Assembly (NCBI RefSeq): GCF_018350175.1 | Contig: NC_058368.1 | Coordinates: 99,760,001-99,824,000 of the forward strand | Length of the DNA: 64,000 nucleotides | Direction: 5' to 3' | Source of the DNA: Felis catus | Taxonomy: Eukaryota | Part shown: piece after piece, positions 27,056-40,639 of the stretch | Layout: every line of letters starts with the position of its first letter | How positions within the stretch are numbered: the stretch's first letter is position 1 | The notes under the pieces: generated by a model | Database searches by the model: none | The model's input: only the letters and a program-made list of their open reading frames with translations | What the model was told of the DNA's origin: nothing | Translations under genes and position numbers: made by a program

Positions 27056-28180
27056 GTTGGGGGAGGTGGTCCAAGACTGCAAAGTAGGAAGACTCTGAAC
27101 TCATCTCCTCCAATGGACATACTGAATCACTACCTACATATAGAGCAATTCCTCTTGAAGAAGAACCAAGGACTGACTGAACAGCTTCTGCACAGTAAAC
27201 AACACAGGAACCACACAGGGAAGGGCAAAGAGATGGAGACATAGCAAGGATGGGAATCCCATACTAACGTTACAACCCTCCATAAAAAGGAATATCACTG
27301 GGGGGCTCACACACAGACTTGCCCACAGCAAGCCTGCACAGCAAACAAACAAAAAAATAAACAAAACAGAAAAGAAAAGAAAAGAAAAGAAAAGAAAAGA
27401 AAAGAAAAGAAAAGAAAAGAAAATTAAGAAAAGAAAAGAAAAAACAAACAAACAAACAAACAAAAAAAACAAAACCCTTAGTGTTCTAAAGGGCAACTAC
27501 ACTCTAAATAAAGGAAATAACATTTTCTAGCCTTAGATCATCCACCAAACAGGTGAGGGACCTACTGGAACTCTCTCTGGAGTCGGAGATTCTGGCAAGC
27601 ACCATTTTTTAACTTCCCTTCCACCTTAATAACATGGACAGAAGCCTGCCTCTATGTACTCCAGGTCCCTGACCCATACCAGCTCCAGCTGTCCTCCCAA
27701 GGCAGATACCCCCCACACTCCCATGCTCCTATTCCAGCTCCAGCTGCCCCTCAGGAGGCACATTGCAGTGCACCCTGGGACATGTCATCCCACGCCTGAT
27801 CCAGCTGTCTCTGCCAAGGTGTTCCCCACTAGAATGGTGAACTCCGGGACTCCCTAGCCTGTACCAACCCCAGCTCCTGCCATATAGTACTGGTGAGGAT
27901 GTGGAGAAAAGGGCACTGTCATACACTGTTGGTGTAAATTCAAATTTGCGCAACCACTGTGGAAAACAGTATGGGGTTTCCTCAAAAAAGTTAAACATAG
28001 AACTACCCTATGATCCAGAAATTCCACTTCTGGGTATTTAGCTGAAAAAACAAAAAACATCAATTCAAAGAGATGTGTGTACCCTTATGTTCATTGCAAC
28101 ATTATTTAAAGTGGCTTAGGATATGAAAGCAACCTAAGTGGCTATCGTTAGATGACTGGATAAAGAAAACATGGTATATA
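27056..28180 (+). mobile_element. L1 5' UTR-like segment joined directly to ORF2 C-terminal segment; contains (GAAAA)n at about 27366-27445
   Basis: L1-like 5' start ggaggtggtccaagactgcaaagtaggaagactctgaactc; from about 27886 matches the L1 sequence at about 3213-3500. Confidence 0.7.
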
Positions 28181-28462
28181 GTATATAAATAGAAGGCTGA
28201 TGCCATCATCAGCCTATTGATTCATAGTTAGTAAAGTGGCCCCCTCCACTATATAACTTTAAATATACAACGCTTGTCAAACATGCATAAAAATATTGGT
28301 ATCTTTGATTATTATAACTATAATAAGAACTTAAATAAAAGTAAATCTTTTATCAAACTAAAACAAGAGCCACACTATCGATACATAGTCACTACTGACA
28401 ATTGAGTTAAGCGACTTATTTTCTAACTGGAATTTTGATTCCAATTCTAAAATAGAGAAACT

Positions 28463-28670
28463 AGGAGCACCTGTGTGGCTCCGTCAGTTAAGCGTATGAC
28501 ATCAGCTCAGGTCATGATCTCATTGTTCGTGAGTTAGAGCCCTGTGTCAGGCTCAGAGCCTGGAGCCTGCTTCAGATTCTGTCTCCCTCTGTCTCTGACC
28601 CTCCCCAACTTGCACTCTCTCTCTCTTTCCCTCTCAAAAATAATAAACATTAATTAAAAAAATAAAACAA
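28463..28670 (+). mobile_element. CanSINE
   Basis: TSD aaaata(g/a)agaaactag. Confidence 0.85.
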
Positions 28671-28849
28671 AATAAAGAAACTAGTTTCATAAGGATTTCT
28701 TTTAAACCTTCGTCGATTATCTGAGTAGGTAGGTTGACATATTCTCCATTAAATTCAGTATAGATTAGGCACTGATTCATTTTGGCAAAAAATCAAAATT
28801 CATAAAACTTAATATGTGATCTTTCCCCAAATCAGCTTACCCCAAAGGT

Positions 28850-29430
28850 AAATCCATTTGCCAGTATTATTTTCAAACACCCTGGCTTAAAAATTTGGAA
28901 TTACTTTGACTTAACCCTCTCTCAAACTCCCAACACCTAGTCAGTAATCAAGTGTTTTTATATTTTAAAAAGTCAGGCATTTATTGTATACTGTGTACTT
29001 CGGGTGCAAAGATGAATACTATCATACTTGGCACCTCATGAATTCACAACGCTTGCATTTATTCCTTCGTCTATATTTTTACCGCTGGTCAACCAAACTT
29101 AACTAGCTTTCTTGACTCCACTCTCTCTCCCATCCAATGTATCCTAAAAATTGCTCCCAGATAAATCTCAGCAAAAACACTTTGCATATGTTACTGTCTT
29201 TCTCAAAAATTTGTACTCATTCCACTTTTTCTGCAGAATGATGTTACACATCCTGACTGGTATTCAAGGCACTCAGCAACATGTTCCCCATCCTACTCTG
29301 AAGCTCTCTGTCCACTCCCCCAAACCTTCTGTTCCATCCAAACCAGTCTACACACTACTCCTACACAAAGCATATATAGCTTTACTACCAAGCCTTAGTT
29401 CTCACCATTTTCCTCGCCTGTAATGTATAC
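28850..29430 (+). mobile_element. Degenerate L2 fragment
   Basis: Pyrimidine-rich L2-like motifs. Confidence 0.45.
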
Positions 29431-29734
29431 TTTCCTCAACTAAACGTATCTCAGTAGAATAATACACATTTAAGAATATACAATATTTACACAACTTTAG
29501 AGGTACCTTTAAAAAAATGACATTAGCCACTTATTGAATAAAACCATCTGTACATAACATTTAAGTATGTATCCCATTTTTCCAGTTAGGTTATACATAC
29601 CTTGCTTGAGCTTCCTAATTTTGAGATATATACACCCTAACTAAGGAAATAGAACATATACTTCAAAGCTACGTAGATATATTTTTAGCTTCCTCCCTCT
29701 CCTGTGCACAACATGTGGAAGTAGAATTTAAATA

Positions 29735-30579
29735 CAGTAAAACCTTGGTTTGTGAGTACAAATCATTCTGGAAACATGTTTGTAATCCAAAGCACTTGTA
29801 TATCAATGTGAATTTCCCCATATGAAATAATGGAAACTCAGGCGATTCATTCCCCCAAAATATTCATATCAAAATGATTACAATTCTGTAATATAATACA
29901 AAATAATAAAGAAAATACAAAATATAAAGAAAAATAAACAAATGAAAATTTTCATGGCTGGTGTGAGAGAGACAAGAGAGAGGAAGGTTACTGTGGAGGA
30001 TGACTTTCACTATCACTAACAGAATCACTGCTATCTATTGGCCCAGTGGAATCTTTTTCTACATGGGGCCATTGTATACACTTGCACAGATGTTGACTAC
30101 AGTACAGTATTAATAAACTCTTGTCATATACTGTATTTAATGTAACTGGCAACAAGGCAGCAGAGGAAAGGGTCTATATCTGCAGGCAGACTGACCTAGA
30201 ATGAAGCAAAGAATTCGTAAGCTTAATCTTGTATGGAAAAGCAAATGACTGTCCACAGATACTTTGAAGTGACAAAAAATACACTAGTGCCAGTTGTGGG
30301 CACCTTCCTGTGTTCTGAAAAGTCACCGATTTCTGTCAAACACTGAGGCATGAGACGGAGCATCGGTGCACAGGAGACAATCACCTGCAGTCCCACAGCA
30401 AGACAGAGAGAGAGAGAGAGAAGAACCATTGGCTCAGCTCTGATCATGTGATGTTCAGCATCACGTATCACTCCTCTTGCAAGACATCACTCATTTGCCA
30501 AGTTAAAATTTATTAGAAATGTTTGCTTGTTTTGAGGAACACTTGCAGAACAGGTTACTCGCAATCCAAGGTTTTACTG
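29735..30579. mobile_element. Non-autonomous Tigger-like element, 845 bp, same family as 19065-19302
   Basis: TIRs cagtaaaaccttggtttgtgagta ... tactcgcaatccaaggttttactg; subterminal regions shared with the MITE. Confidence 0.85.
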
Positions 30580-30617
30580 CACTTAGTATAGAATGGCTTT
30601 AAAAATTTATATACTTC

Positions 30618-33600
30618 ACGAGCCTGGGTGGCTCAGTCAGTTGAGCATCTGACTCTTGATTTTGGCTCAGGTCATGATCCCACGGTCCAGAGTCATAGGA
30701 TCAAGTGCCTTGTCAGGCTCTGTGTTGGACATGGAGCCTGCTTTAGATTCTCTTTCCCTCTCTGCCTCTCCCCTGCTTGTGCTCTCTAAATAAATAAATA
30801 AATAAATAAATAAAGAAATAAAGAATAATAAAAATTTATACCATGGATTTTTTTCAAAAATAAGATTCCTTATATTTTAACTCTTATTTTTCTTTGTGTA
30901 ATCGAAGCCTTTATGCTTTCTATTGAGTTTGCCTTAGAGTTAATTATCTAATATTAATTTACTTCTGTGAATTAGAGTCCTTACAAAAAATTCATTATTA
31001 TATTCAGAATTGTAGAATTTTGGACTAGAAGGGAAGTGACAGGTACTCAAATAGGTAAAAAAAAGACTTAGAGTATTTCTGGAAGGCATGTAGAAAGTGA
31101 AATTAAGCAACATGAATCCGTAACTTATCTCATAACTCAAGACACATATAACAACACCCCACCAACTCAAATAATGTAAGGATAATGCATATTTATCTAA
31201 AATTAATATTGATTAGAATTTTAGTGTTGGTGTATTTAGATGATGAGAAGTATCTGGCCCATTATATCCTCATTTCATCTTGTTTTTTTTTATCCTGTTA
31301 TTTTATTCTATTTTATTTTATTTTTTTATTTTTTTATTTGAGAGAGAGAGAGCAAGAGAGAACCTGACACTGGGCTCCATCCCACAACCCTGATTATGAC
31401 TTGAGCCGAAAATCAAGAGTTGATGGCTCATCTGACTGAGCCACCCAAGCCTGCCCTCCCCTGTTATTTTAGAACAAACCACTTAGAAATGAACCCTAAA
31501 GTAATTTTTGAGTAGACAAGAATTAGTTTCTAACTTCGGTCAAAAATTTCCTTTATGTAGAATAATAGCAATACCAATAATAATATTAACATTGATGATA
31601 ATATTAATTGGTAGAATGATTACTTTGAGACAAATTTTTCTAAGGCCTATCCATGATTAATAAATTTGCTTGAGGGTGCAGAGTATTTTCTGAGCATAAA
31701 TGTCTGACTCAAAAGCTTTGTTTTTATCTACTATGCCATCCTATCTATTACTCTCTCAGAAATGGAGTCTTATTTCTATGGGAACATCTGGCTTGTATCT
31801 CTAAAAATGAAGAACAGAGGAAAACAGTTTACCATTCTTTAGCTATCCAATATTCAATGAAAAGTTGTAAATCTCTGGAGCTGATTGGCCTAAAAAATCC
31901 TTTTCAATAATACGAGATGCTAGCAGATTTGTAAAATTCTTACAGCCTTTATTTTGAAATATTTATGATTGTAGTAGCATTAAATAGGTTAGTATTTTTC
32001 TAGAATGTTTAAACAAATGGGGTCATTTCGTTTGACTCCTTCATTAGGTATTCTTGTTAATTCCTCAGATTTTATTTTTCTGCTATGCTATGACTCATCC
32101 AGTTTGAAGACAGATATTCAATCCACCAAATACTCTTCTTTTTGTAGTATTTAATCAGATAAACAGAAATCATGCCAACACAACAACAATAACAAAAAAA
32201 ATTCCAATCAGGAAATTGTTTCTGTGTCTCATTTCAAAGGCTTTGATAGAAGTGAGAGAGTGTACAATTCATGGCATGATTGACTATCCACCAGCTTTTA
32301 ATTAAAGGAGAAAAGATGAATAAATAGAATTGATAAATCTAAGTCAGTGTAGAGACACATTTTGACTGTCTCTAAGGCAACCTTAATTGTTTAAACTTGT
32401 TCATGATTTATGTTTTGAGAACTTGGGAATTTCATTAAAAGTAGCTGAGTTCCATAGCATTTCTGCATATACAAAAATTTAATGATAGTTACAGGCTTTT
32501 GTTATGGTGTGTATTTGTATGCTAGCCATAGGATTCCCTGAAGACTATTTTTCCATCAACTGATTATATTTGTCCATTGTCAATACACTGCAAACTGCCC
32601 AACCTTCTTTTTTTTTTAATTTTTTTTTAACATTTATTTATTTTTGAGACAGAAAGAGACAGAGCATGAATGGGGGAGGGGCAGAGAGACAGGGAGACAC
32701 AGAATCAGAAGCAGGCTCCAGGCTCTGAGCCATCAGCCCAGAGCCTGACGTGGGGCTCGAACTCACGGCCTGCGAGATCGTGACCTGAGCCGAAGTCGGA
32801 CGCTCAACCGACTGAGCCACCCAGGCGCCCCTGTCCAACCTTCTTTATAACCCTGTCTACCTATGATGCTACTCAGAGGGAGCTCAAAGAAGATGAGTGG
32901 CAGTGAACGGTGACACTCTTTTTTCTTCAATCATAACACTAACCAGCATTTTTCAGTAATTATTACACACAAGGAACTGTCTAATCACTTCTCATTTGCT
33001 CTTCACTCTATCCTCATGGCAGCCCTATAAGAAAAGTGCTATTTTTAATGCCATTTCATGAAGGAAATGGACATAAAGAAGTTAAGTAAGTTACCTAACT
33101 GGAAAATACTGGAACTCCTGTTCTAACCCAATCATTGTCTGATTCTAGAATCCATGCTTTATCAACTGAACTATATAGCTCCTATATGCCCTTCCTCCTG
33201 GCTTTTAACCACAGACAGTGAACAAAATCAACATGAGGTCACTCTTGAATTGGATCACCATAATGTACCCATCCGTGTCCTCTATGCAGAGAAGCAAAAC
33301 TAAAGCAATTGGGAAAGTAGGAAACCAGAGACCCAAGGGGACTTGGAGAGGTGAGAATTCTGTGGTGTGGGAAAAAATAGAGACAAGATTGGGAGCAGGA
33401 GAGTCTCTACTAAAATTCAAGAGGGGCGCCTGGATGACTCAGTCTGTTGAATGTCCAACTTCGGCTCAGGTCATGATCTCACAGTTTGTGAGTTCAAGCC
33501 GCCCAACTGGCTCTGTGCTGACAGCTCAGAGCTTGGAGCCTCCTTCAGATTCTGTATCTCCCTCTCTCTCTGCCCCTCCCCTACTCCCACTCTGCATTCT

Positions 33601-35760
33601 GTCTCTCTCTCTCTGTAAAAAAATAAAAATTAAAAAAGTTAAAATTCAAATAGATGGTTCTAGACTTTCTGACTTCCTCTTTGATCTCATAATGCTGATA
33701 CATAAATGAAGAAGTTTGATAATTGAGCTCCTCAGTCTCCATCTCATTCTGGGAGCCAGAGAGTACTTGCTTCCTCAGGCTTTTCCTAAAAGTTTTAAGG
33801 AGAAAAATGTCTCCATGAATGTGCTTCCGTGACTTCATAGAGGCATCATCAATCAAGAAAGATTTGTAGAGGATAAAAATTTGTCTTCTCCACAACTCTA
33901 TACCAACTTAAAAAGCAGCACCCCAAGGTGCCTGGGTGGCTCAGGCGGTTGAGTGGCCGACTCTTGATGTTAGCTCAGGTCATGATCTGAGGGTCTTAGG
34001 ATCAAGCCCTGTGTCAAGCTCTACACTGGGCGTGGAGTCTGCTTAAGATTCTGTCTCTCTCTCTCTCTCTCTCTCACTCTCTCTCTCTTTCTCTCCCTCC
34101 TTCCCTCTCTTTCTGCCCCTATCTCCGGTTCTCACTCTCTCTAAAGCAAAACTTAAATTTAAAAAAAAAGGAGTACCCTGTTAGAAACTCTTCCCAAATC
34201 ACACCCCAGCTCAACCACATTCTTCTTGTCACAAGCCAATAAGTCACTTGCATTGAATCATTTTATCCCTCTAGAGATAACTAGGATAGGTAACTGACAT
34301 CATTCTTAGAGTAACTATCAAAGAACCAGTTAAAATGCCAAAATATTAGCAGGCACAAATCGATTATACTAAAGCCATATCTAAGAAGAGTAAATAGAAT
34401 TAAAATTGCTATCATGTTAGCAAGATACAAACAAACACAGATTATTGTTGTAGTTGTTTTCTGTGGCTGTGGAAGCACATTACTGAAGAGCTCCCAAACA
34501 GGTAGGTTATTATCTATTTTAGAAAACCATGTATTGTATATAAATGAACCCAGAGGGCAGACACTTGACAATAATGCTTAAATGAAAAGCAAATACAAGA
34601 GGGCTCAGTTAAGAATTTTGATGCAAAAGATCATGTCGGCTTTTATCCTTCTGTGGGGCACAACCATAGCTTTCAATTATGTACAACCATTGGCTCAATT
34701 TTTATAACACAGAAAAACTGTTTGACACAGTTCACAAACTAAATTCACTATCTCTGTATCAAATAGAAATTTTATTTTCCAATACAATTAAGCTCGTACA
34801 AATAGCAATTGGTTGTCTGAAATGGGCTCGTGTCCTAACAACCTCCCCGCCCCTCTACACACAGCTCAGCGCCACTGATGCCCCATAAAAACACCATCTG
34901 CCTCTGGTCCTATAGGCTCAAGGGATTTTCCAGCTCTGTCTGCCATCCTTGTTTACCCTCACTCTGGTCTAGTTTCCAAAGTTCCCAACTGTTACAACCT
35001 CTGTAGAATCTGTCACTCTTTTTACTGACTGCCACACTTGGGCTGTCTGCTGGGCTTGGGTTCCAGCTTCCCCTGGCATAACTCCCAGAAGGCCTTGCGT
35101 CACACATTGCCCCTGGTAGGCAAGTCCCTCCCAATCCATCACGTTCCCTGGTGAGTGTCCCCAAGCCTGATTCACTGTTCCCAAGGACAGGAGGGAAATT
35201 GACAGCAAAGGCCAAGAGTTACTGCAATAAAAGTTACAATTTCCCAATTTACTTCAGAGATTTTAGAGAAAATAGCATAAATAAGTACAAATTCAGCTGA
35301 AGATTCAGAAGTGTGGTTTTTATATCTAAAGATTTAAAGGAACATAAAAATTCTGATTCGGATATGATGGTAGACTGTAACTATTCAAGATTAGGTCATG
35401 TGGGGGCACCTGGGTGGCTCAGTCGGTTAAGCACAGGACTTCGGCTCAGGTCATGATCTCATGGTCTGTGAGTTCAAACCCTGCATCAGGCTCTGCACTG
35501 ACAGCTCAGAGCTTGAGCCTGCTTCAGATTCTGTGTCTCCCTCTCTCTCTGCTACTCCCCCGCTCACGCTCTATCTCTCTCCCTCTCTCAAAAATAAACA
35601 TTAAAAATAATAATAATAAAAATATTAGGTCATGTGACTGATTTGTTTGAAATAGACTTAGGGCGCCTGGCTGGCTTAGTTGGTGGACCGTGTGACTCTT
35701 GATCTCAGGGTCGTGAGCCTGAGCCCTATGTTGGGTGTAGAGATTCCCTTTAAAAACACT
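30618..35760. mobile_element. CanSINEs at about 30618-30830 (+), 31290-31450 (-), 32605-32831 (-), 33423-33640 (+), 33926-34168 (+), 35403-35620 (+), 35660-35760 (+, short); MIR at about 32950-33180
   Basis: Heads and tails seen; several TSDs, e.g. attaggtcatgtg and aaaattcaa. Confidence 0.85.
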
Positions 35761-35968
35761 ATTTGTATTAAACAGAAAAGAAATACCCTTAAAAAAGAAA
35801 AATATTCTACCCATGTGCACTAATCTACAGTGCAGACTAATTATGGGACACAGTGACATAAATATATTTGCTAGCTTTGTTAACGGTGCTTGGCTTGAAG
35901 CCCTTTTATCTTAAACTTTTTCAGGACCCTATGCACACAAAACAAGCTATAAAATGGAACCACTTAGA

Positions 35969-36314
35969 ACAAAGCTGCCCAACTGAAATATAATGTGAGC
36001 CATAGATATAATTTCAAATTTTCTGGTATCTACACTTGAAAAATAAAAATGCAGAGGTGAAATTAATTTTAATAATATATTTCATTTGACCCAATATATA
36101 TCCAAAATATTATTTCAACAAACATATCAATTATATGTAAAAATATAATAAAATGTAAAAATCATTGAGATAATTTAAAAAACGGAGATAATTTACATTT
36201 TTTAAACAAAGTCTTTCAAATTTTAAACTTAGAGTGCATCTCAGCTTGGACTACCCACGTTTCAAGTGGTCAGTAGCCTCATGTGGCTAGGGGTCGACAG
36301 GTTGACAGCACAGC
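35969..36314. mobile_element. hAT-Charlie DNA transposon, MER33-like
   Basis: aatataatgtgagcca...aggtgaaattaattttaataatatatt...ccaaaatattatttcaaca...gacagcacag. Confidence 0.7.
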
Positions 36315-36439
36315 TTTAGAGGAATGGATACTAGCAATTTCCTATAAAAAGAATAATTTCTGTAATGAGAATGTATTCCTTAATGAAAATAACACAAAAT
36401 GCCAAGCTTATTAATATTCTGAAATAATTAAAAGGATTT

Positions 36440-36622
36440 TAATCTCACCAAAAACAAGTCCTCATTTAATGTACTAGTTGTCCAGTATCGACATGTAATC
36501 ACAAGTTATAGTTTTGAATTCTTATTGCCGCCAGATAAAAATTTGAGATCTCTCTCTCTAGGCATCCGTCTGGCTGGATGTTCCGCATAAAGCTGTCCAG
36601 GCTGCTCTATGGATATATGGCT
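36440..36622 (-). CDS. Candidate terminal exon plus short 3' UTR of the same gene
   Basis: Acceptor cttcccccgtcccag at 36623; ends (R)AIYP* (stop 36607-36609) in phase 2 or (E)PYIHRAAWTALCGTSSQTDA* (stop 36558-36560) in phase 1; ATTAAA on the minus strand at 36465-36470; CpG retained. Confidence 0.4.
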
Positions 36623-36999
36623 CTGGGACGGGGGAAGACAGGTTAATGGGATAGTATTTGCAGTGAAAAGAATATATAACAACAAGGCATGAGAATTAGT
36701 GTATTTTCAATTCTCTTTGCAATTTCAGGGATGACATAACATTTCCACGAATTCTTGTTTCCTTAATTAAATTTTTATGCTCTCTTGTCTCCTTATCTCT
36801 AAACAACTCTACAAATTTAATGAGAATTGATTTCATCATAAGGATTTTCTAAGTAGAAAACCCTACTTTTTTAAAGGTCATTTTAGAAAAGCCTTAAAAT
36901 GTATAGGAAAAAAATACTAGCATTTTTATTTTAAGAAGCCAATAACCAATACAAAAATCTTTTCCTATAATTCACTGAGCAACACCACAGTCAAGTATT

Positions 37000-38020
37000 T
37001 ATTCATTTATTCATTCATTCATTCATTCATTCAACCAGCATCGTTCAAATAAACATTCTATGCCATATGTTGTACATGGAGCATATATGCAACAAAGAAC
37101 ATCCCAGCTCATCCCTAGAAGTATATATTCTACCAGAAGTATCAGACTGTGTACTGTCTATACTTATACTAGAGAAAAGCATGCACAGATAATTTGGAGA
37201 GATATCAGGAAGGCACCTAACCTCACTTAAGTGGGCCAAATAGCTCTTTAAGTAATTAACAGCCAAGCTGAGCCCTGAAGGATAAACAGACACTTCTAAA
37301 GCCAAAGTAAGGAAAGAGAAGGAAAAAAGCGAACTATTACATGAAAGAACTCAGGTTCAAATGACGCAGTTTTTCTTGGAGCTTTAAGAAAATTTGTCTG
37401 GCTAGTCTGTTAGTATAAGGAAAATGTGGCAAGAAATGAGGTTAGGGAATTAAGGATGCACAAACCAAATTGTGAAGGTTCTTGTAAAGCCATTCTAAGG
37501 ATGAGGAGCTACTGAAGGGATTTAGGTAGAAAGTGGTTATTATATTATGCATTATAAAAGCCATGCTAGCTATCCTGTGGATATCACATGGATGAGACAC
37601 AATAGTGGGGTGAGGAAAGCTCATTGAGAGAATGGTACACTTTCATAATTGGCAATTATCTGGACATCTAGTGGTTGGTAATAACAGGAGAATACAATAA
37701 TCATATCCAGGTTTCTTGCTCTGGCGGTAAATGGATGGTAATGCTATTCACTAAAGCAAAGAATCATAATAATAAATGCACAATCAAGCACTTCCTCTGT
37801 GCCAGGTAGGTACTTGTTTTACCTATTAAGCAAATTAATCTTCACAACAACCATATGAAGCAAGTACTGGAATTATTCCAACTTCACTCTTGTAGCAACA
37901 CAAATGTGGAAAGCTTAACGAGTGGCCCATGACGACACAACTCCGCAGACACTGGAGCCTAGGATTCCAATGCAAGCGCTCAGCTCCAAAGATAGCAATC
38001 TAGGTCACTATACTGCAAAT
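37000..38020. mobile_element. L2 (with (ATTC)n end) followed by MIR
   Basis: (attc)n terminus typical of a reverse-oriented L2; MIR motif taatcttcacaacaacc.tatga. Confidence 0.6.
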
Positions 38021-38053
38021 ATATTGGACATACAGAAATCACATAAAGCCTAC

Positions 38054-38131
38054 CTTCTGATATTTTTTTTTTTTTTGGTCCGAGATGGTTTCGAAGAACG
38101 TCGTACTGTCGCCTTAGTTTCAGAACTATTC
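38054..38131 (-). CDS. Candidate 78-nt internal exon of an unidentified minus-strand gene
   Basis: Acceptor ttgcttctcag, donor aag|gtaggc, length divisible by 3, locally high CpG. Two open frames: IVLKLRRQYDVLRNHLGPKKKKISE (phase 1) or NSSETKATVRRSSKPSRTKKKKNIR (phase 2). Confidence 0.45.
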
Positions 38132-38360
38132 CTGAGAAGCAATGCATGCCCAAAGGTATTTATTTTTAAAAACTTTATTCAACTAGAAATTGTCCAGCAC
38201 CATCTGAACCACTGCTCAACCAGCCAATATGATTCTTGCAGGACATTTCATATAAAATTGATAAAACCTGACCATCCATGAAGGATTTTGATATTAAAAA
38301 ATGTTTTATTTCTGGGAGTCATTTCCACTGAAATTTTACTTCAGATGCGTGGGTTATTGT

Positions 38361-38506
38361 TAGGGTGAACACAGCCCCAGTTTGCCCAATACAGCCCTGG
38401 TTTATGCTTGTTATCAGCAGGTAATTACCAATAACCCTGAATTAATAATAGCCCTTATTATCTCTGAGATACTCTGGTTTAGAAGATAAGTTAATTGGTA
38501 ATCCTA
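38361..38506. mobile_element. hAT-Blackjack MITE, MER94-like
   Basis: Termini tagggtgaac ... ggtaatccta with internal ccagtttgccc. Confidence 0.65.
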
Positions 38507-39624
38507 TGGGTTGGACACACATAAAGAAAACATTCCTATATCTTAATGCTGTGTGTATATGTGAGTACACGTGTGTGTGTGTGCGTGCGCATGTGCGCAT
38601 GCATGTATGCATGCACACACACCGGGAATCTATCTCTAATTAATGGCCAGGGAATCCCTTATTTTAACCAGGTTCCCTCTACTTTCAAACCCTCACGTCA
38701 CTGACTTCCCTGTTCCACCCTTCTCAGCCTGTATAGCTACAAATGACTCTAAAACCAAAAATGAAGGCTACAAACCCTCTACTACAAGTGTGGGAACTAG
38801 GGGATTCAGATTGGCACACAGCAAATGTTCTCTCTTCCTAATTTTGGAGCCAAGATTTTAAAAAGATTCTAAGGACTAGGGAAATTGAGGAGAGAGAAAT
38901 CACACAGATAAAAAAGCAAGAGACAGAAACCACAATAGCACCAACCACATCGAGGGCAGGAATCCAAGCAGAATTCATGCTGTGCTACTACATACATAGC
39001 CTTCTGGTATGAGTGTTGCCAACAGTCATGCATGGCTCATCAGTTGCCTAGTTAGATGGGACTCTACTCAGTCCTCCCATATGCTCCATCAGACCCACCC
39101 TCAGTGTGTAGAATTTGTTATCCAGACACCAAGCACTTGAACAACTTGGACTCGTAAAAGGGGAGGCAATTATGCGGAGAAAAAAACCTTTCCCTTGACC
39201 AACGTAAGATAAAAATGTTATAAAACATTTAACTTTATTGTGTTTCACTGAAAGGGTTTTTTCTTTTCATTTCCTTCACAGTTACTTTTCAAGAAAAAAT
39301 AAAATTACAAAATACTCTTACTCCCTGTTTACTCCCACCTGTGAGTGGAGCCAACAGACTGTGACAGTAGCAAAGAGAATAAGAAATCTCAGCAATGAAT
39401 TGCCTGGGTTACCATGAAACCAGATTGATCTACTTGAGCACCCGAGGTGAGATCTCTATGTTTTTCCAGACCACAGTCCTTTCCAGACCGCAGAACGACG
39501 CATTCATTTCCATTTAATGTCAGCTGAACATAATGAATGAATGATTTATTTATTTATTCCACAAATATTGATTGAGTACTTCCTTTGTACAAAGCATTGA
39601 CATAGACATTTAAGACACATTACT

Positions 39625-40101
39625 GAAATGGCATGTTGTATTTTCCAAATATTTCTGTACCTATAAATCCATCCCACGTGTTTTCTTGTGTCGTGTGACT
39701 TTGGGGTTTGTTATAAATGATGATATAGCTTCTGACTGACTGTATCTCTCCTGGAATATACACCTAAGGAATCCTGAGTCAGTATATGAGAAGTCTGGCT
39801 ACCCAGAGGCTGCACCAGACAGATCATTGTGGCTACATCGAAATAAGAGGTGCCTAAGTAACCTCAGATGTCCTAGCCTCAAGTCCGACTACATTCTTCC
39901 CTGTGTAAACAAGACAAGTTCCTGCCCCTTATACCTCCATGGGCTGCCCACTGGTGATGACATTTACAAGGAACACAGATGAGATAAGACTGGCAAGCAG
40001 CAGCTGGAACACCAGCTTGAGAACCTGGAGAATCTCCATGGAGACATGGACACAATTTTTTTCCTCCATCTTGAATCCTCATTAAAGGTTTCTACAGACA
40101 T

Positions 40102-40149
<48 letters not shown>

Positions 40150-40360
40150 TTCCATCTAAAGCCTCAAACATGTGACTGATTGAAGCTTCAGATGATTCCA
40201 GCCCCTAGACCTCATCTTGCCCAGCTGACACTGAATGGGACCAGTAGACACCGACACTGGTGGGAATGAAACCTTGTCATGTGGCATATCTTGGACGAGA
40301 ATAAATGCTCTTGTTTAGTTATTAAGTTTAGGGATAGTTGGGTATGCAGTATTAAAAAAA
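39625..40360 (+). mobile_element. MLT1-like LTR remnants with (CA)n at about 40103-40147
   Basis: gaagtctggctaccca..ggctgc, gattccagcccc, aataaatg and terminal tatgcag motifs. Confidence 0.6.
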
Positions 40361-40639
40361 CAGAAGAAGAGCCTGATTGGTGGCATTTGCAGATTTCTAT
40401 TGTGTGAATACCCCCCTATGGCTGAGTTCCATCTACTAATGGTTTAATGGTTGATTCTCAAAATTCCATATTACAAATTCTCACAAGCCAGTGTGAACAA
40501 GCTCAAGTACAACACTGCCTTGTTCTGTACAGCTTACAATCTAGCAGGAGGGAGTTTGGTGTAAGATACAGAAATTTATCAGTATAACTCACAGTATCAC
40601 TACACTAAAAGCAAAAAGAAATTCATAATAGGTACAGAA

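Noticed and set aside
38085..38155. Alternative plus-strand exon using the T14 tract as polypyrimidine tract
   Set aside because: Needs a rare GAG acceptor and leads to a stop soon after; the minus-strand reading has canonical sites.
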